This document shows, piece after piece, positions 22,806 to 36,385 of a stretch of DNA of 64,000 nucleotides; within the stretch, counting starts at the first letter, position 1; each line of letters starts with the position of its first letter. The stretch is from Lama guanicoe (Eukaryota): positions 7,150,174-7,214,173 of the forward strand of contig MU054001.1 of assembly GCA_013239625.1 (NCBI GenBank), written 5' to 3'. The notes beneath the pieces are model-generated. The model was not told the DNA's origin. It saw only the letters and a list, made by a program, of their open reading frames with translations, and ran no database searches. Position numbers and translations under genes: made by a program.

Positions 22806-23757
22806 AATTTGTTTTGAGGTAGAGATCAAAGTTTATCATTTTCTATATGCTTATCCAGTTTTCCAGCACTATTTATAGAAGACTTTCCCTTCCCTATTGA
22901 ATTGCCTTGGTACTTTATTGAAAACCAAGCAAATCAAATATAAGTAGATCTCTTTCCAGATTTTCTATTCTTTCCTATTGATCTATTTGTTTATCCTTAT
23001 GCCAATACCACATTGTCTTTTTTTGCTGTGTGTTTTATGATAAGTTTTGAAATCAATTGGTGAGAGTCCTTCAAATTTGTTCCTCTCATTTAAGATTATT
23101 TTGGTTATTCTAGATTCTTTGTATTTTTAGATAAATTTTAGGATTAACTTGTTAATTTTTATAAAAGTTCCTATGGATATTCTGATTAGTATTGTATCAA
23201 CAGTGTAGATCAATTTATAGAGAACTGACATATTAACAACATTGAATCTTCTAATTAATGACTATTTCATATCTCTCCATTTATTTAATATTACATTAAC
23301 TTCTTTCCTCAATGTTCTTAGTTTTCAGTGCCTTTGCATGTCTTTTGTCAAATTCACACCTATATATTTACATTTTCTGATATTATTATAAATGGATTTT
23401 TTAGAAACTTATTCTTCAGTTGTTTGCTTCCAGCACATAGAAATACAAATTATTTTTATATAATAAAGATACCTTGTATCTTGTGACCCTGCTAAATATT
23501 TTTTGTAGATTACTTGGAATTTCCTTAAAGAAATAATCATATTGTTTATGAATAAAGACAATTTTACTCACTCTTTTTCAGTTATGCCTTTCATTTCTTT
23601 TCTTTGCCTTATTGAACTGGATAGAACTCTGAGAACAACGTTAAATAAGATGGTGAGAGTTGTGAGAATGGCTATCTTTGTCTTGTTTCTATTCTTAAAG
23701 GAACAGCATTTAATTCTTCACAGTTATGAAAGACTTCATTGCAGGTTTTTCATAGAC

Positions 23758-23857
23758 TTTTTTTGGGTTGTAGGTTTTTCACAGACTTTTTTTGGATTGA
23801 ACCCAGAACCTCATGCATACTAAGCATGCTCTACCATTGAACTATACCCCACCCCCC
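23758..23857 (-). mobile_element. tRNA-derived SINE (vic-1-like), degraded
   Basis: GGATTGAACCCAGAACCTCATGCATACTAAGCATGCTCTACCATTGAACTATACCCC. Flanking TCATAGAC repeats. Confidence 0.8.
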
Positions 23858-25640
23858 TCATAGACATTTTTTTTTTAAATCAGATTGAGGAATTTGTGTT
23901 TTAGTCCCAGTTTTCTTCTCATAGGAGTTTTTTCTTTTGACAGTAAATTCAACTTTAATAAACGTAATGTTGTTTAGGTTTTCTATTCTTTTTTTTTTAA
24001 TTTTGAAAAGCTATGTTTTTCAATGAATTTCTCCATTTCATTTAAGTTGTCAAGTTTATTGGCCTAAAGTTGCTTATGACATCACCATATATTTTTAATA
24101 TTTGGGGAGTCTGTAACAATACCCTCTTTTTTCAATTACCATATTGATAATTTTGTTCTATAATTTTTTTCTGGCTTGGGGTTCATTAATTTCATTAATC
24201 TTTAAAAAATTAAACTTTTGACTATTTTCATTTTCTTTATTGCATGTTTCTATTATATTAATTTTTGCTTTATTGTCATTATTTCTCTCCTTTTATTCAC
24301 TTATCACAGGTGTCTCACATCATGTAAAATACAAGAATTTCCACTTCCTTTGGAATTAATTTGCTTTTCTTTTCCTAGCCTTTTAAAGTGGAAGCTTAGA
24401 CAACTGTTCCAAAGTCCATCTTCTTTGCTAATTTAAGCATCAAAATCTATACATTCCCCTCAAAGAACTGCTTTAGCTGCCTGCCACAAAATTCCATATG
24501 CCTGATTTTCACTAGTATTCAGTTTAAAATGTTTTAGAATTTCTGTTTCTCATACAGTTCTCCATGGTTCTCTTGCATATTTGCACATTTTTGCAAATAG
24601 AGGCATTGCCAGGATGTTTGAACAGCAATTAGCCTTATAAAAAAGAGATAGCATCTCTCTGGAGCAGAGGAAAGGTCTTTTCTCTTGATAGACACTTGGA
24701 CAGGTGTGAGGTGATATGTTATTGTGTTTTTAATTTGCATTTCTCTGATGCTTAAAAATGTTGAGCATCTTCAAATGCCTATTGGTCATCTGTATGTCTT
24801 TGGGAAAATGTCTATTCAGGTCTTCTGCCTATTTTAAAATCAGGTTTTTTTTTTTTTGAGGTTGAGTTGTATGAGCTGTTTATACTGTTTTTGGATATTA
24901 ACCCTTTATTTATCATATCATTGCAAATATTTTCTCCCATTCAGTAGGTTGTCTTTTTGTTTTGTAGATGATTTCCTTTGCTGGGCAAAGCCTTTAAGTT
25001 TAATTAGGTCCCATTTGTTTATTTTTGCTTATATTTCCTTTGCTTTAGGAGACAGACCCCAAAAATATTGCTATAATTTGTGTCAAAGAGTGTTCTGCCT
25101 ATGTTTTCTTCTAATTTTATGGTTTCTGATCTTACGTTTAGGTCTTTAATCTATTTTGAGTTTATTTTTGTATAGGGTGTTAGAGAATGTTCTAATTTCG
25201 TTCTCTTACATGTAGCTGTCCAGGTTTCCCAGCACCACTTATTGAAGGGACTGTCTTGTCTCCATTGTATTTCCTTGCCTTCATTGGATTTGACAGATTT
25301 TTGTTGTTGTTGTACAGATCTATGAATGATAACACCGCTGCAGATTTGTGTAACCATCACCAAGGTCAGGATTCAAAATAGTTCAAAAACTTCCCTTGTG
25401 CTGTTCCTTTGTAGTCACACCCTCCCCTGTCCTTAACCCTTGGCAACACCTGGTCTGTCTCCATCACTACAGTTTTGTCTTTTGGAGACTGTCCTGTACA
25501 TAGTATCTATAGTATGTAACCTTCTGATACTGGCTTCTTTCACTCTGCATTCAAATTGTTGCATGCATCAATAATTTGTTACTTTTATTGCTAAGGAGTA
25601 TTCTGTTATATGAATGCACCACAGTTTTCATATCCATTCA

Positions 25641-26160
25641 TGTAGAGGGTTCTGGGTATGTAGGGCTGAGCTAGGAGAAAGATCTGACCACAAGGGGCAG
25701 TAACACACAGCACACTTTATTGGTTGGCGCTTTAAAAGAATCTCGTGCTGTGAGACTGTCCAGAGGCTTACGGTGCGGAGGCCACCATCCAGAAAGGGAG
25801 GAGGCATGAGAACTCCCAGAGCAGAAGGGGCTTGAGAGGGGCTTATGTGTCTAGTGGATGTTGCTCAACAGCACAGCAGGGAGTCTCTGGGTCAGAGAAC
25901 CCCAAAAGGCAGTAGTAGCTTGAGGCCTTGTGAAGGGCACTGTCATATCAATAGTTAACATCTGTTAGGTGCAGTTTTGCAGGATATGTAAAGCAGGTTC
26001 TAAGTGGCTAAGAATTTGCTTGTTTATTTTTAAAATAATCGGATGAGTAATTTGAGTTAGGTGCAGGTGGGCTTTTGAGCTTTGGTATCAACCTACAATA
26101 AAGAGATAAACAACCTAGGGAACACAATACAGAAGTCATCTTTGGCTCATTTATATAAAA
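25641..26160 (-). mobile_element. ERVL-class solo LTR inside L1
   Basis: Starts TGTAGAGG. 5-bp TSD ATTCA (25636-25640 / 26161-26165). TTTATT near 25716. Confidence 0.7.
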
Positions 26161-27071
26161 ATTCATCCATTGAAGAATATTTGGGTTGTTTCCAGTTAAC
26201 AATTATGAATAGAGCTTCTACAAACTTTCTTACTCAGATTTTTGTATGAACATAAATTTCCATTTTTCTAAATACCTAGCAGTACAACTGATGAGTCATA
26301 TAATAAATGTATATTTAACCTTATAAGAAATTGACAGATATTTTCCAAAGTAGCTGTACCATTTGCATTTTCACAAGCAATATTTAAAGGTACTGATAGC
26401 TCTGTATCTTTACATCACTTAGTATTGTCATTTTTATGTCGTTTTAGTAGTTGAACTACTGTAATAGGTTTGTAGTGGTATCTCATCATGGTTTTGACTT
26501 GCATTTCCCTAATGGCTAAAGATGTTGAACACCTTTTCACATGTGTATCTGCCTTCCCTAAATTCTTTTTGGCATAATGTCTGTTCAAGTTTTCACCAAT
26601 TTTTAAATTGTGTTATTTTCTTATTTTGTTGAATTTTGAGATGTCTTCATTTTTTTCTGGATTTATATCCTGGTATCCTGTGTATAAATAACTTGCAAAT
26701 ATTTCCCCCAGTATGTAGCATTTTCCCCCATTCTCTTAATAGTGTCCCTTTCAGAGTTAGAGTTTTTTTTTTTTAATTTTGAAGAAGTTCAATCTGTTAA
26801 AAAGTTTTTTCAGTTCAGCCCTGTTGTTAGGTTCATACACATTTGGATTGTTATGTCTTCTTGGTAAATTGACCAAGAAGATATTAATTAATATACTCTA
26901 GCTTTCTTTTGATAAGTGTATGTCTTTTCCCACTATTTTACTTTTAACTTACCAATATCATTATATTTGAAGGAAGATCCTTATAGATAGCATATAACTG
27001 GATTATCTGTTTTAAAAAGTGCATTCTAACTGTCTCTGTCTTTTATTGATGTGTTTATATCATTTACCTTT

Positions 27072-28454
27072 TTTGTCTGTCTGTGTGTGTGTATATATTT
27101 TTATTATAGTCAGTTTACAATGCTGTGTCAATTTCTGGTGTACAGCACAATACTTCAGTCATATATGAACATACATGTATTTGTTTTCATATTCTTTTTC
27201 ACCATAGTTACTACAAGATATTGAATATAGCTCCCTGTGCTATACAGCATGAACTTGTTGTTTATCTAGTCTATATGTATCAGTTAGTATCTGCAAATCT
27301 CTAACTTCCTATTTATCCCCCCAGCCCCTCCCCACCAGTAACCAAAAGTTTGTTCTCTATGTCTGAGAGTCTGTTTCTGTTTTGCAAATAAGTTTGTTTT
27401 TTTTTTATTTTAAATTTAGATCTACATATGAGTGATATAATATGGTATTTTTCCTTCTGTTTCTGGCTTACTTCACTGAGAATGACATTCTCCAGGTCCA
27501 TTCATGTTGCTGCAAGTGGCATTATATTATTATTTTTTATGACTGAGTAGTATTCCATTGTATAAATATACCACAGCTTCTTTATCCAGTCATCTGTCAA
27601 TGGACATTTAGGTTGTTTCTACCTCTTGGCTATTGTAAATAGTGTTGCTATGAACATTGGGGTGCATGTATCTTTTTGAATTAAGGTTCCCTCTGAATAT
27701 ATGCCCAGGAGTGGGATTTCTAGATCATACGGTAAGTCTATTTTCAGTCTTCTGAGGCATCTCCATACCGTTTTCCATATTGGCTGCACCAAACTTCATT
27801 CCCACCAGCAGTGTAGGAGGGTTCCTTTTCCTCCACAGCCTCTCCAGCATTTATCATTTGTGGCTTTCTGAATGATGGCCATTCTAACTGGTGTGAAGTG
27901 ATACCTCATTGTAGTATTGATTTGCATTTCTCTGATAATTAGCAATATAGAGCATTTTTTCATGTGCCTATTGGCCATTTGTATGTCTTCATTGGAGAAT
28001 TGCTTGTTTAAGTGTTCTGCCCATTTTTGGACTGGGTTTTTATTATTATTATTATGAAGTTGTATGAGCTGTTTATATATTCTTGAAATTAAGCCCTTGT
28101 CAGTCTCATTTTTTGCAAATATTTTCTTGCATTCCATAGGTTGTCGTTTTGTTTTGCTTATGGTTTCCTTTGCCATCCAAAAACTGATAAGTTTAATTAG
28201 ATCCCATTTGTTTATTTTTGCTTTTATTTCTATTGCCTGGGTAGACTGCCCTAGGAAGACATTGCTGATTTATGTCAGATAATGTTTTGCCTGTATTTTC
28301 TTCTAAGAGGCTTACAGTGTCTTGTCTTTCTTAAATCTTTAAGCTGTTTTGAGTTTATTTTTGTGTATGGTGTGAGGGAGGGTTCTAACTTCATTGATTT
28401 ATATGCAGCTGTCCAGTTTTCCCAATGCCACTTGCTGAAGAGACTGTCTCTAGG
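27072..28454 (-). mobile_element. Young 5'-truncated L1 (ORF2 C-terminus + 3'UTR)
   Basis: ORF 27796-28176 translates to L1 ORF2 ([19 protein letters not shown]...[21 protein letters not shown]...[18 protein letters not shown]). Perfect 12-bp TSD TCATTTACCTTT (27060-27071 / 28455-28466). Confidence 0.93.
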
Positions 28455-31400
28455 TCATTTACCTTTAATGTAACAATTGATGTTTGAATTGAGGTCTATC
28501 ATTTTATTCTTCATTCCCTCTATTTATTATCCCTGTGTTTTCCCTTTTCTTCCTTCTTTTGGGTTATTAAACAATTTTTATTTTATTTTATCTGTTATGC
28601 TTTTGACTATATCTCATTGCATTTTTTTTTAACGTGGCAGCTCTAGGGATTACAATATACATGTTTAATTTTCACAATCTATGTAGAATCAATGTTTTAT
28701 CACTTCCTGTGGAATGTGTAAATCTTCCCACCATATAGGTCCCTTCCTCCCCCTTACATTGTAATTTTCTTATGTTTCTCACACATTACATCTACATACT
28801 TTGAAAACTCCATTATCAAATATTGTAAGTTTTATTTTCAGCCATAAAACATGTTTTAGGGACCTCAAAGGAGACTACTCTACTCTGTTTCTTTAGATAT
28901 TTTCAATTTCTTTTGCTCTTCCTTAATTTATGCTCTTTGAAGTTTCTTTCTGGTAACATTTGTTTTTATATCTGATGAACTTCAGCAATTCTCTTAGAGT
29001 AGGTCTGCTGGCAATGAATTTTCTTCATTTTTCTAGAACTGAGAATGTCTTTAATTCACCTTTTGTTTTTTGAGATATAATTCACATATCATAAATTCAC
29101 CTTTTTAAAGCATATAAGTTGGTGGTTTTTCAGCAGATTTACAAAGTTGTGCAACCACTACCACTATCTGATTCTAGAATAGTTTTATTGCCCAAAATAA
29201 GCCCTGTGCACATTAGTAGTCACTCTTTATTCCCCTCCTCCCCCAGCCCTTGACAACCAGTAATCTGCTTTCTGTCTCTACCAACTTGCCTATCCTGAAT
29301 ATCTCATATAAATGAAATCATAGAATATGTGGCCTTTTCTGTCTGACTTTCTTCACTTCACACAATGCCTTTTATGTTCATCCACATTGGAGCATGTATG
29401 AGTAGGTTTAATTCTTTTTTATGGCTGAGTAATATTTTAATGTATGGACGTAACACATTTTGTTTATCCATTCATCAATTCATGGACAGTTGGATTTTTT
29501 CCACCCTTTGGCTATTACGAATAATACTGCTATGAATATTCATGTACAAGTTTTGATGTGAACATATGTTTCAATTCTCTTGGGTATACACCAAGAGTGG
29601 AATTACTGGGTCATATGGCAACTCCATGTTTAACATTTTGAGAAACTGCCAAACTGTTTTCCAAAGTGGCTGCAACATTTTACATTCCCACAAGCAATGT
29701 CTGAGTGATCCAATTCTCCACATTCACCAACATTTGTTATTATCTGTCTTTTTTATTATATAGCCACCCTAGTGGGTGTGAGGTGCTATCTCATTGTGGT
29801 TTTCATTTGCATTTCCTTAATGATGAACAATGCTGAGCATCTTTTCACATCCATCTTCATTTCTGAAGGATATTTTTCCTGGTATAGAATTCTTAGTTAA
29901 CTGTTCTTTTAGTTCCAGCCTTCATGAGATGAGATGAGAAATTCACTGTCATTTGCATTGTTTTCCTCCTTTAGGTGATGCATCATTTTTCTCTGACTGC
30001 TTTAAATATCTTTTTCCTTTGTCTCTAGTTTTCAAAGTTTAATTGTGTTGTGTGTATGTACATCAGTTTCTTTGAGTTTTCACTTTTTGGGGTTCTCTAA
30101 GCTTCCTGAATCTACAGGGCTTATGGTTTTTGTTTTTTGTCAGTTGGGGGAGTTTCTACCCATTATTTCTTTAAATAATTTTTCTGTACTGGATGCTATG
30201 TCCTCTCCTTCTAAGACTTAGATAACAAATCCTAGACCTTTTATTTTTTTATCCCTTAGGTTGCTTAGGCTCTGTGAATTTTTTAAATCAATATTGTTTC
30301 TCTTGTTCAAACTGGATTCTATTGATCTATCTTCAACTTCACTGATTCTTTTCCTCTGTCATCTCCATTATGCTTTTGAACATATCCAGTGAGTTTTAAA
30401 ATTTCATATATATCTTAATTCTAAAAATTTCTCTTTGGTTCTTTTGTGTGTCTTATATATTATATATTTTGTTTTATTTTTGGCTGAAGGTTTCTATCTT
30501 TTGTTTCTTTTTAAGAGTATTTGCCCTAACCATTGTGATCATTACCAATGTCTTTGTCAGATACATTCAACTTCTGTGTTGGAACATTTCAGTGTTGAAC
30601 GAGTTCCAACATCTCACTGTTAGCATTTGTTTATTGTCTTTTCCTAAGTGATTTGAGATTTCCCTGGTTCTTCATATGCCATGTAATTTTGGATTGTATC
30701 CTGGACATTTTGAATACTGTATTATACTCATTTATACCTTACAGAGAATATTGATACTTATGTTTTAGCAGGCAGTCAACCTGATTGGGTTTTGACCGTG
30801 AATTCTGAGTAGCCTTCTATGGGATGTGGTTTCAGTATTAATTTCAAAGCCTTTGCAGTCTTACTAGGATTTGTCCCACAAGCGCACCACCCAGTGGCAG
30901 TCTGGGATGTGAGGCGCGGTCTATCTGTTAGTCTTGGTAGGCTATTTAGAATCAGAATAATGCATACGCAGCTTATGATCCCAGGAGTTTATAAACAAAT
31001 TAATGGCACTGTTTCTCAAATTCCCCCTACTCTGCAATCTCTCTGGTACCTTTTAGTTTCTTGGGGCACTCCTGTTGATTCCTCCAGCCAGAATTCTGGA
31101 TTTTATTTACCTTGCTTTCTCATTTTTTGAAACTATAGCCATGACTAAGGTCAACCAGTTGGAGAGTGAGAAGGACAAAAAAGTAAAAGGGATTTGCCCT
31201 ACTTTCTACTACTCCTCTTCTACCTGGATAGGAAAGCTCTTCTCTCTCAGAGCTTCAAGCTCCGTAGAGTCCTGGCTGCGAGGAGACCCCTTTCCCTCTC
31301 TCTGAGCATGAACCAAGGGCTTTTCTTGGTGCTCTTTCTGTCCATTCCATTTCTACTTCGAGATTTCAAGTTGCCTTGAGATCAGGACAGGAGATATCAG

Positions 31401-31804
31401 AGAGGAAAATATTTATGAATAAATATTGAATAAAAACAGAGACACTTGACACCTTGTGTCAAACATGACTTTAGTAAAAGTGCTTCAAAACTTTCCCATT
31501 AAGTATGGTGTTTCCTGTAGCTTTTAAAGTAAATACCTTTAACCAAGGCTTTTATTCTTAGTTTGCTCATTGTTAAAAAGATGTTTTATAATTTGTATAG
31601 GCTGAATTCTACTGAATGCTTTTTATCCCCCCACTATTGAGATAACTATATAATTTTCTCATTTGCTAATGGGGTGAGTTATATCAATAGATTTTCTGAT
31701 TTGAGCCCCTTTGTATTCCTGAGATAAAGATACTGTTAAATTAAAAATAGATGAGAGGATAAAATTTATTCCAAATTTTACATAAAAATGAATTAACTAA
31801 ACAT

Positions 31805-32690
31805 GAGTGCCCAGATATTTGGCTAAACATTGCATATTCAAAGTGTGTCTGTGAGGGTATGTCCAGAGGTAATTATCATTTGAATTGGCAGACTTAGTAA
31901 AGCAGTCTGTCCTTTCCAATGTGGGTAGGCATCATCCAGCTGTTGAGGGCTTAAACAGAACAAAAAGGCAGAGGAAGGAAGAATTCAGCTCTTCCAGTCT
32001 GAGTGCTGAGCTGGGACATCAGCCTCCTGCCCTCAGCACTCCTGGTTCTCAGGCTTTCAGACTTGAACTGGAATCTACATCATTGGCTCCCCTGGTTCTC
32101 ATGTCTGTGGACACAGACTGAATTACACCCCTGGCTTTCTTGGGTCTGGGTCTCCAGCCTGCATATGGCAAATCATGGAACTTCTCAGCTTCCATAATTG
32201 TGTGAGCCAGTTCCTGATATTCTCTGTCTCTCTTTCCACATATGTAGCAAAGAACTGAAATATATATGATAGCCCAGTCTCAAGGCTCTGCCTCCTAGTC
32301 TTGACCTTTACAGGTATAGCACTTCTCATGCATAAAGAGTTTGAAAAATTGCAGGACAAGGAATAATATTTGTCCTGTTAGAGGCTAACAGGAACATTGT
32401 GACATGACCTATGTGGACAGGTGCAAGAACAAAGGATTCTGGTACGAAGAAGTTTGCCAAAACCAGCCACATCATCTCCTTTCTTAAAAGAAACCTGAAT
32501 TCTAACTCAGGTAAGATGGTTCTTACACTAGTCCACCATCTTCTTGGTCTGATGACATTCGAATAAAGTCACTATTCCTTGCCCTAACACCTCTTCTCTT
32601 GATTTGTTGACCTGTCATGAGGTGAACAGTACAAGCTTGGACTCGGTGATGCACACACAGGTTCTATTTCTCTACATTGACTAATACACC
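31805..32690 (+). mobile_element. MLT2 (ERVL) LTR interrupted by an ERV1-like LTR (about 32267-32650)
   Basis: GTGCCCAGATATTTGGCTAAACAT, GTGGGTAGGCATCATCCAGCTGTTGAGGGC and the terminal GGTTCTATTTCTCT...GACTAATACA. Inner element has AATAAAGTCACTATTCCTTGCCC...GGACTCGGT. Confidence 0.75.
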
Positions 32691-35600
32691 CAGTACCACA
32701 TTGGTAGTCTCAGTGTATTAAATGTTTTATTTCAGGGTGTTTTTAGTTTAGTTTTAGTTCAGGGTGTTTTACAATTATGTTTTTTTTAATGGTTTTCATT
32801 AGTTGTGTTTTTATTAGAGCTTTAAATAGTCAAAATGTTGCTTGTAGTATTAAACCCTACCCTTTCGCTAAGATTGGTTAGAAGACATGAAGCTGGGCTG
32901 CTCTTCACATTGCTGGACACCTAATCAGGATAGGCAGCTGCCAGTAAGAGTCAAGGGTTTAAAAGTCACCTAAGGGACCTCTGTTTCTGACCATGACAGA
33001 GTAACTGGTACTAACCTTGCCCTCCCACCAAAATCTACTATCAAATTGGACAAAACATATGGAGCAACTGCTTCCAGACACTGAACTGCACAGAGTACAG
33101 AGCTGTGATCATTGAGAGAAGGGAAACACACAAGGTACGCCCAAAGATTGCCCCAGCTTTCTTTCTGAGGGCCTTTTTTGCTGCAATACAGCAAGGTGGA
33201 GCCCAAGGAAAAGCAGTGATCTTACTCAGCTGAGGATGCAGAGATCACAGTCTGGACTAGTGGAGTGCACAAGGGAGGGTGCAAGAGAAGAGGGAGCTGA
33301 GCAGATGGGGACCTTGGTGTAGGGATTTGTGACTCCTTGGCAGATGCTGGGCTCTTGGCTACAGGGACATTTGGCCCTATCATGGCAGTCCTCCCAAGTT
33401 TCCCAGCCAACTATCAGCTCTCTTCAGATCCTCCACAGGCAGGCCATGCTGGGACCTTCCACCCTTCACAGAAGCCTAACACAGGTTCTCCCCAGTCTGC
33501 TTGACCACACCACCGTCCAGTTCATAGTGATGCTTCCTGAGAAGTGCTCTTCTCTGACGCTCTAATAGTCTCCCTGTTATGCTCTTCTTTACCTAAATTG
33601 TCTCAGCCATTAGTGAGACAATTCTTAATAAGACTTTCTGTCCCCATCCTGCCTGAAAGAGCATCTGTCTGTCTACTTAACCTGTTTTGTTTGTCCTCAT
33701 AGCACTTATCACTATCTGACATTGTATTATATGTTTACATATTTTTTGTTCATTATCTATTTCTTTAGCTAGAATTGAGTTCCATGAGTGTAGAGTCTTT
33801 GTTTTAGTTCCTGGTGTTGCAATAGAGCCAAAACAGATATCCAGAACCAAAAAAAAAATGTCCTTTTTGCTTAAGGCAGTTTTATTTGGATTTTTGATTT
33901 CTTTCCATGAAATGAGTCTTCACTGATGCAATCAGCAAAAACTAGGCAGGGGGGGACCCTGACCTTCATGCAAAATGGTGGATTTAGATTTGGGGGAGAC
34001 AGGTCTCTTGTCTAATTCCACACACCAGTTGTATTTAAATCTCAACTCTAACCAAGCTCTGAACTCTCCCTTCCTCTCTTGTCTCCTAAAACACTAGAAT
34101 CATAGAATCTTAGTATTAGAAAGAAGCTGGAAAGCATGGAGAATCACTTGCTTATATGACAGATGATGAAACCAAGGTGTTGTGATTTCAGGTGGTGCAT
34201 CCAGAGTTTCACACCTGATGGCAAAACTGAGACTGTTCCTTCTACAGCTCCTGGACCTGATATTCTTTCTGCAGAAGTGATCTAGCTGAGTGTGCTTCAT
34301 TGTTAATTCTATACCAGACTCTTGCTATCAGCCAAATTGCCTTCCAAGCATTTGAGAGAGAGGATGGCGAGGCATGGAGTCTGCCTAGTAAGACTCTGAC
34401 TTACATTTTCCAACAGGAGTTCAAGGACTGCTGGAAGGAGGACCACCACCTACTGAGCCTTCTCTTTGACCTTCATGTCCAAGTGGTCTCTCTCATCCAG
34501 TTAATCTGTTATGTGGATGGGCACTCGTGGCTTCAAATGGGATATTTCTAAGTTTCCTGACATCTCTTGTGTTTCTTGGCACAAAGGATGAATCATATTA
34601 CTGGGATAATGAACCATTTAATGACTTGTGTGTTGATTTATCAGATGGTGCTAGAGAGGGCAATTTAAAAATATAAAGCCATAAGTCACCCAGTCAGGGT
34701 GTGTGGTAGGCTAGCAGCCGGGCTGCCAGCTGGGGATTGCTGTGTTAATCATGATGACACCGGCCTGGCAGGCAGCACAAGGACGTAGGTGCTGGTGCTT
34801 GTCCCGGGTGAGGTCATTCATTTAAGAAGCAATCATTATGGTTTTTTACCATGTGCTGGGGCTGGGAAGAAAAAATAACCTAAAAAGTCAGAATGTCTCC
34901 TTATTAGGCTAAGGAACCTACACCTGGATGTCCTGGGATTCTGGGGGAAGAGTAAAAGCCAGGAAAGGGGGAGATGCTTGTGTGACAGGCAGCTGGGGAG
35001 CTGTCATTGGGAGTGTGCTTTTGCAGGCAAAGCAGTCCTGGCGTCATCAGTTCCCATGACTGACCTGGCTATCCGAGCTATCTCCCAGCCCGTGCATCAC
35101 ACCGAAGCATCCATATTCTGCCAAGCTGGTGGGAAGCTCTTTTATTTTATTGTAGAAGGAACTGCCTCTGAAAAAAAAAAGACATAGTGAAATTCTTGAA
35201 GTGATAGTTAACATAGGTGCCAGATGCTTATTATGTGCATCGACGAGGCAAGAACTGTTCTAATGAATGATTAATGATGAAGAAACTGAGGCTTGAGAGT
35301 TAACACAAAATCCCCACTGGCCACACAGCTCAAGGGATTGGAACCAGGATTTAACTTAGGACCATCTAACTCTGGAAACTGGCACTTCACCATCATGCTG
35401 GCTGCCCTCTTTCTAGAAAAGGAGTTTCATTCAAACAGAATAAGTCATGCCTGCTTTTCTAACAGAAATAGTATCAAGGAAGCTGTTCTGGTATCCCAGA
35501 CAGACCCACTCTGAAAAAAGGAAAGAGCCATGGCATTTCCAGTCAGTGAATGGAAGGTGAGGAGTGAGCGACAGGAAAAGTGTCAGCAAGCCCTATGATG

Positions 35601-36109
35601 AGCCAGACACCGTGAGACCCTCCGAATGCATCACCTCCATCCAGGAGAGAGATTTTCCTTCTTTAAAAATGTGACACGCCTCCCTGCTGAGCACACTCCC
35701 CCACCCCAGCCCTGCTCATCCATCTGGCTTCTCTGTGCAACACGGTGCTCATCGAGGTCCCTGATTACTTCCACGTTGCTGCCTGCAGTGCACATGCTTT
35801 GGATGTCACGTGATTTGGCCTCCCAGCAGTGGTCAATAGGAGGCCACTTCTTCATTTGGGGAAAGTCTGCTCCCTAGACATCAGTCTTATTGGATTCTCT
35901 TCCCACCCTCAGTCATCCTTCTCAGCCTCCTTCGCTGGCTCTTTGCCAAAACTCAGACTGCTGCAGCTTTGTCCTGGGCCCTGTCTACACAACTGTGTTA
36001 TGTCATCTCATCTAATCCTACAGCTTTCAATATCCTACAGGCTGATATTTCCTTTTCCTTTCTTCTCTCCTTTCTTTCTTGTTGTCCTTGGTATCTCATA
36101 CAAGTCGTT

Positions 36110-36133
36110 TTTCTTTTTTTCTTAGTGGTGGGA

Positions 36134-36164
<31 letters not shown>

Positions 36165-36243
36165 AGAAGAGGTACTGGGGATTGAACCCAGGACCTTGTG
36201 CATGCTAAGCACGAGCTCTACCACTTGAGCTACACTCTTCTCC
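36110..36243 (-). mobile_element. tRNA-Ala-derived SINE (vic-1-like)
   Basis: GGTACTGGGGATTGAACCCAGGACCTTGTGCATGCTAAGCACGAGCTCTACCACTTGAGCTACAC. Confidence 0.88.
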
Positions 36244-36246
36244 CGC

Positions 36247-36255
36247 TTTGCTTTG

Positions 36256-36292
<37 letters not shown>

Positions 36293-36295
36293 TTC

Positions 36296-36385
<90 letters not shown>
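36247..36385. repeat. (TTTC)n microsatellite
   Basis: Directly visible, about 135 bp. Confidence 0.95.

Larger units (their letters stand above)
21310..31790 (-). mobile_element. About 10-kb cluster of nested old L1M/L1MA-MB fragments hosting several younger insertions
   Basis: Repeated antisense L1 3'UTR/ORF2 motifs (TTTGCATTTCCCTAATG, CCATTTGTTTATTTTTGC, TTCCCAGCACCACTTATTGAAG). Minus translations such as [34 protein letters not shown]1-like antisense sequence at 29850-30750. Confidence 0.85.
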
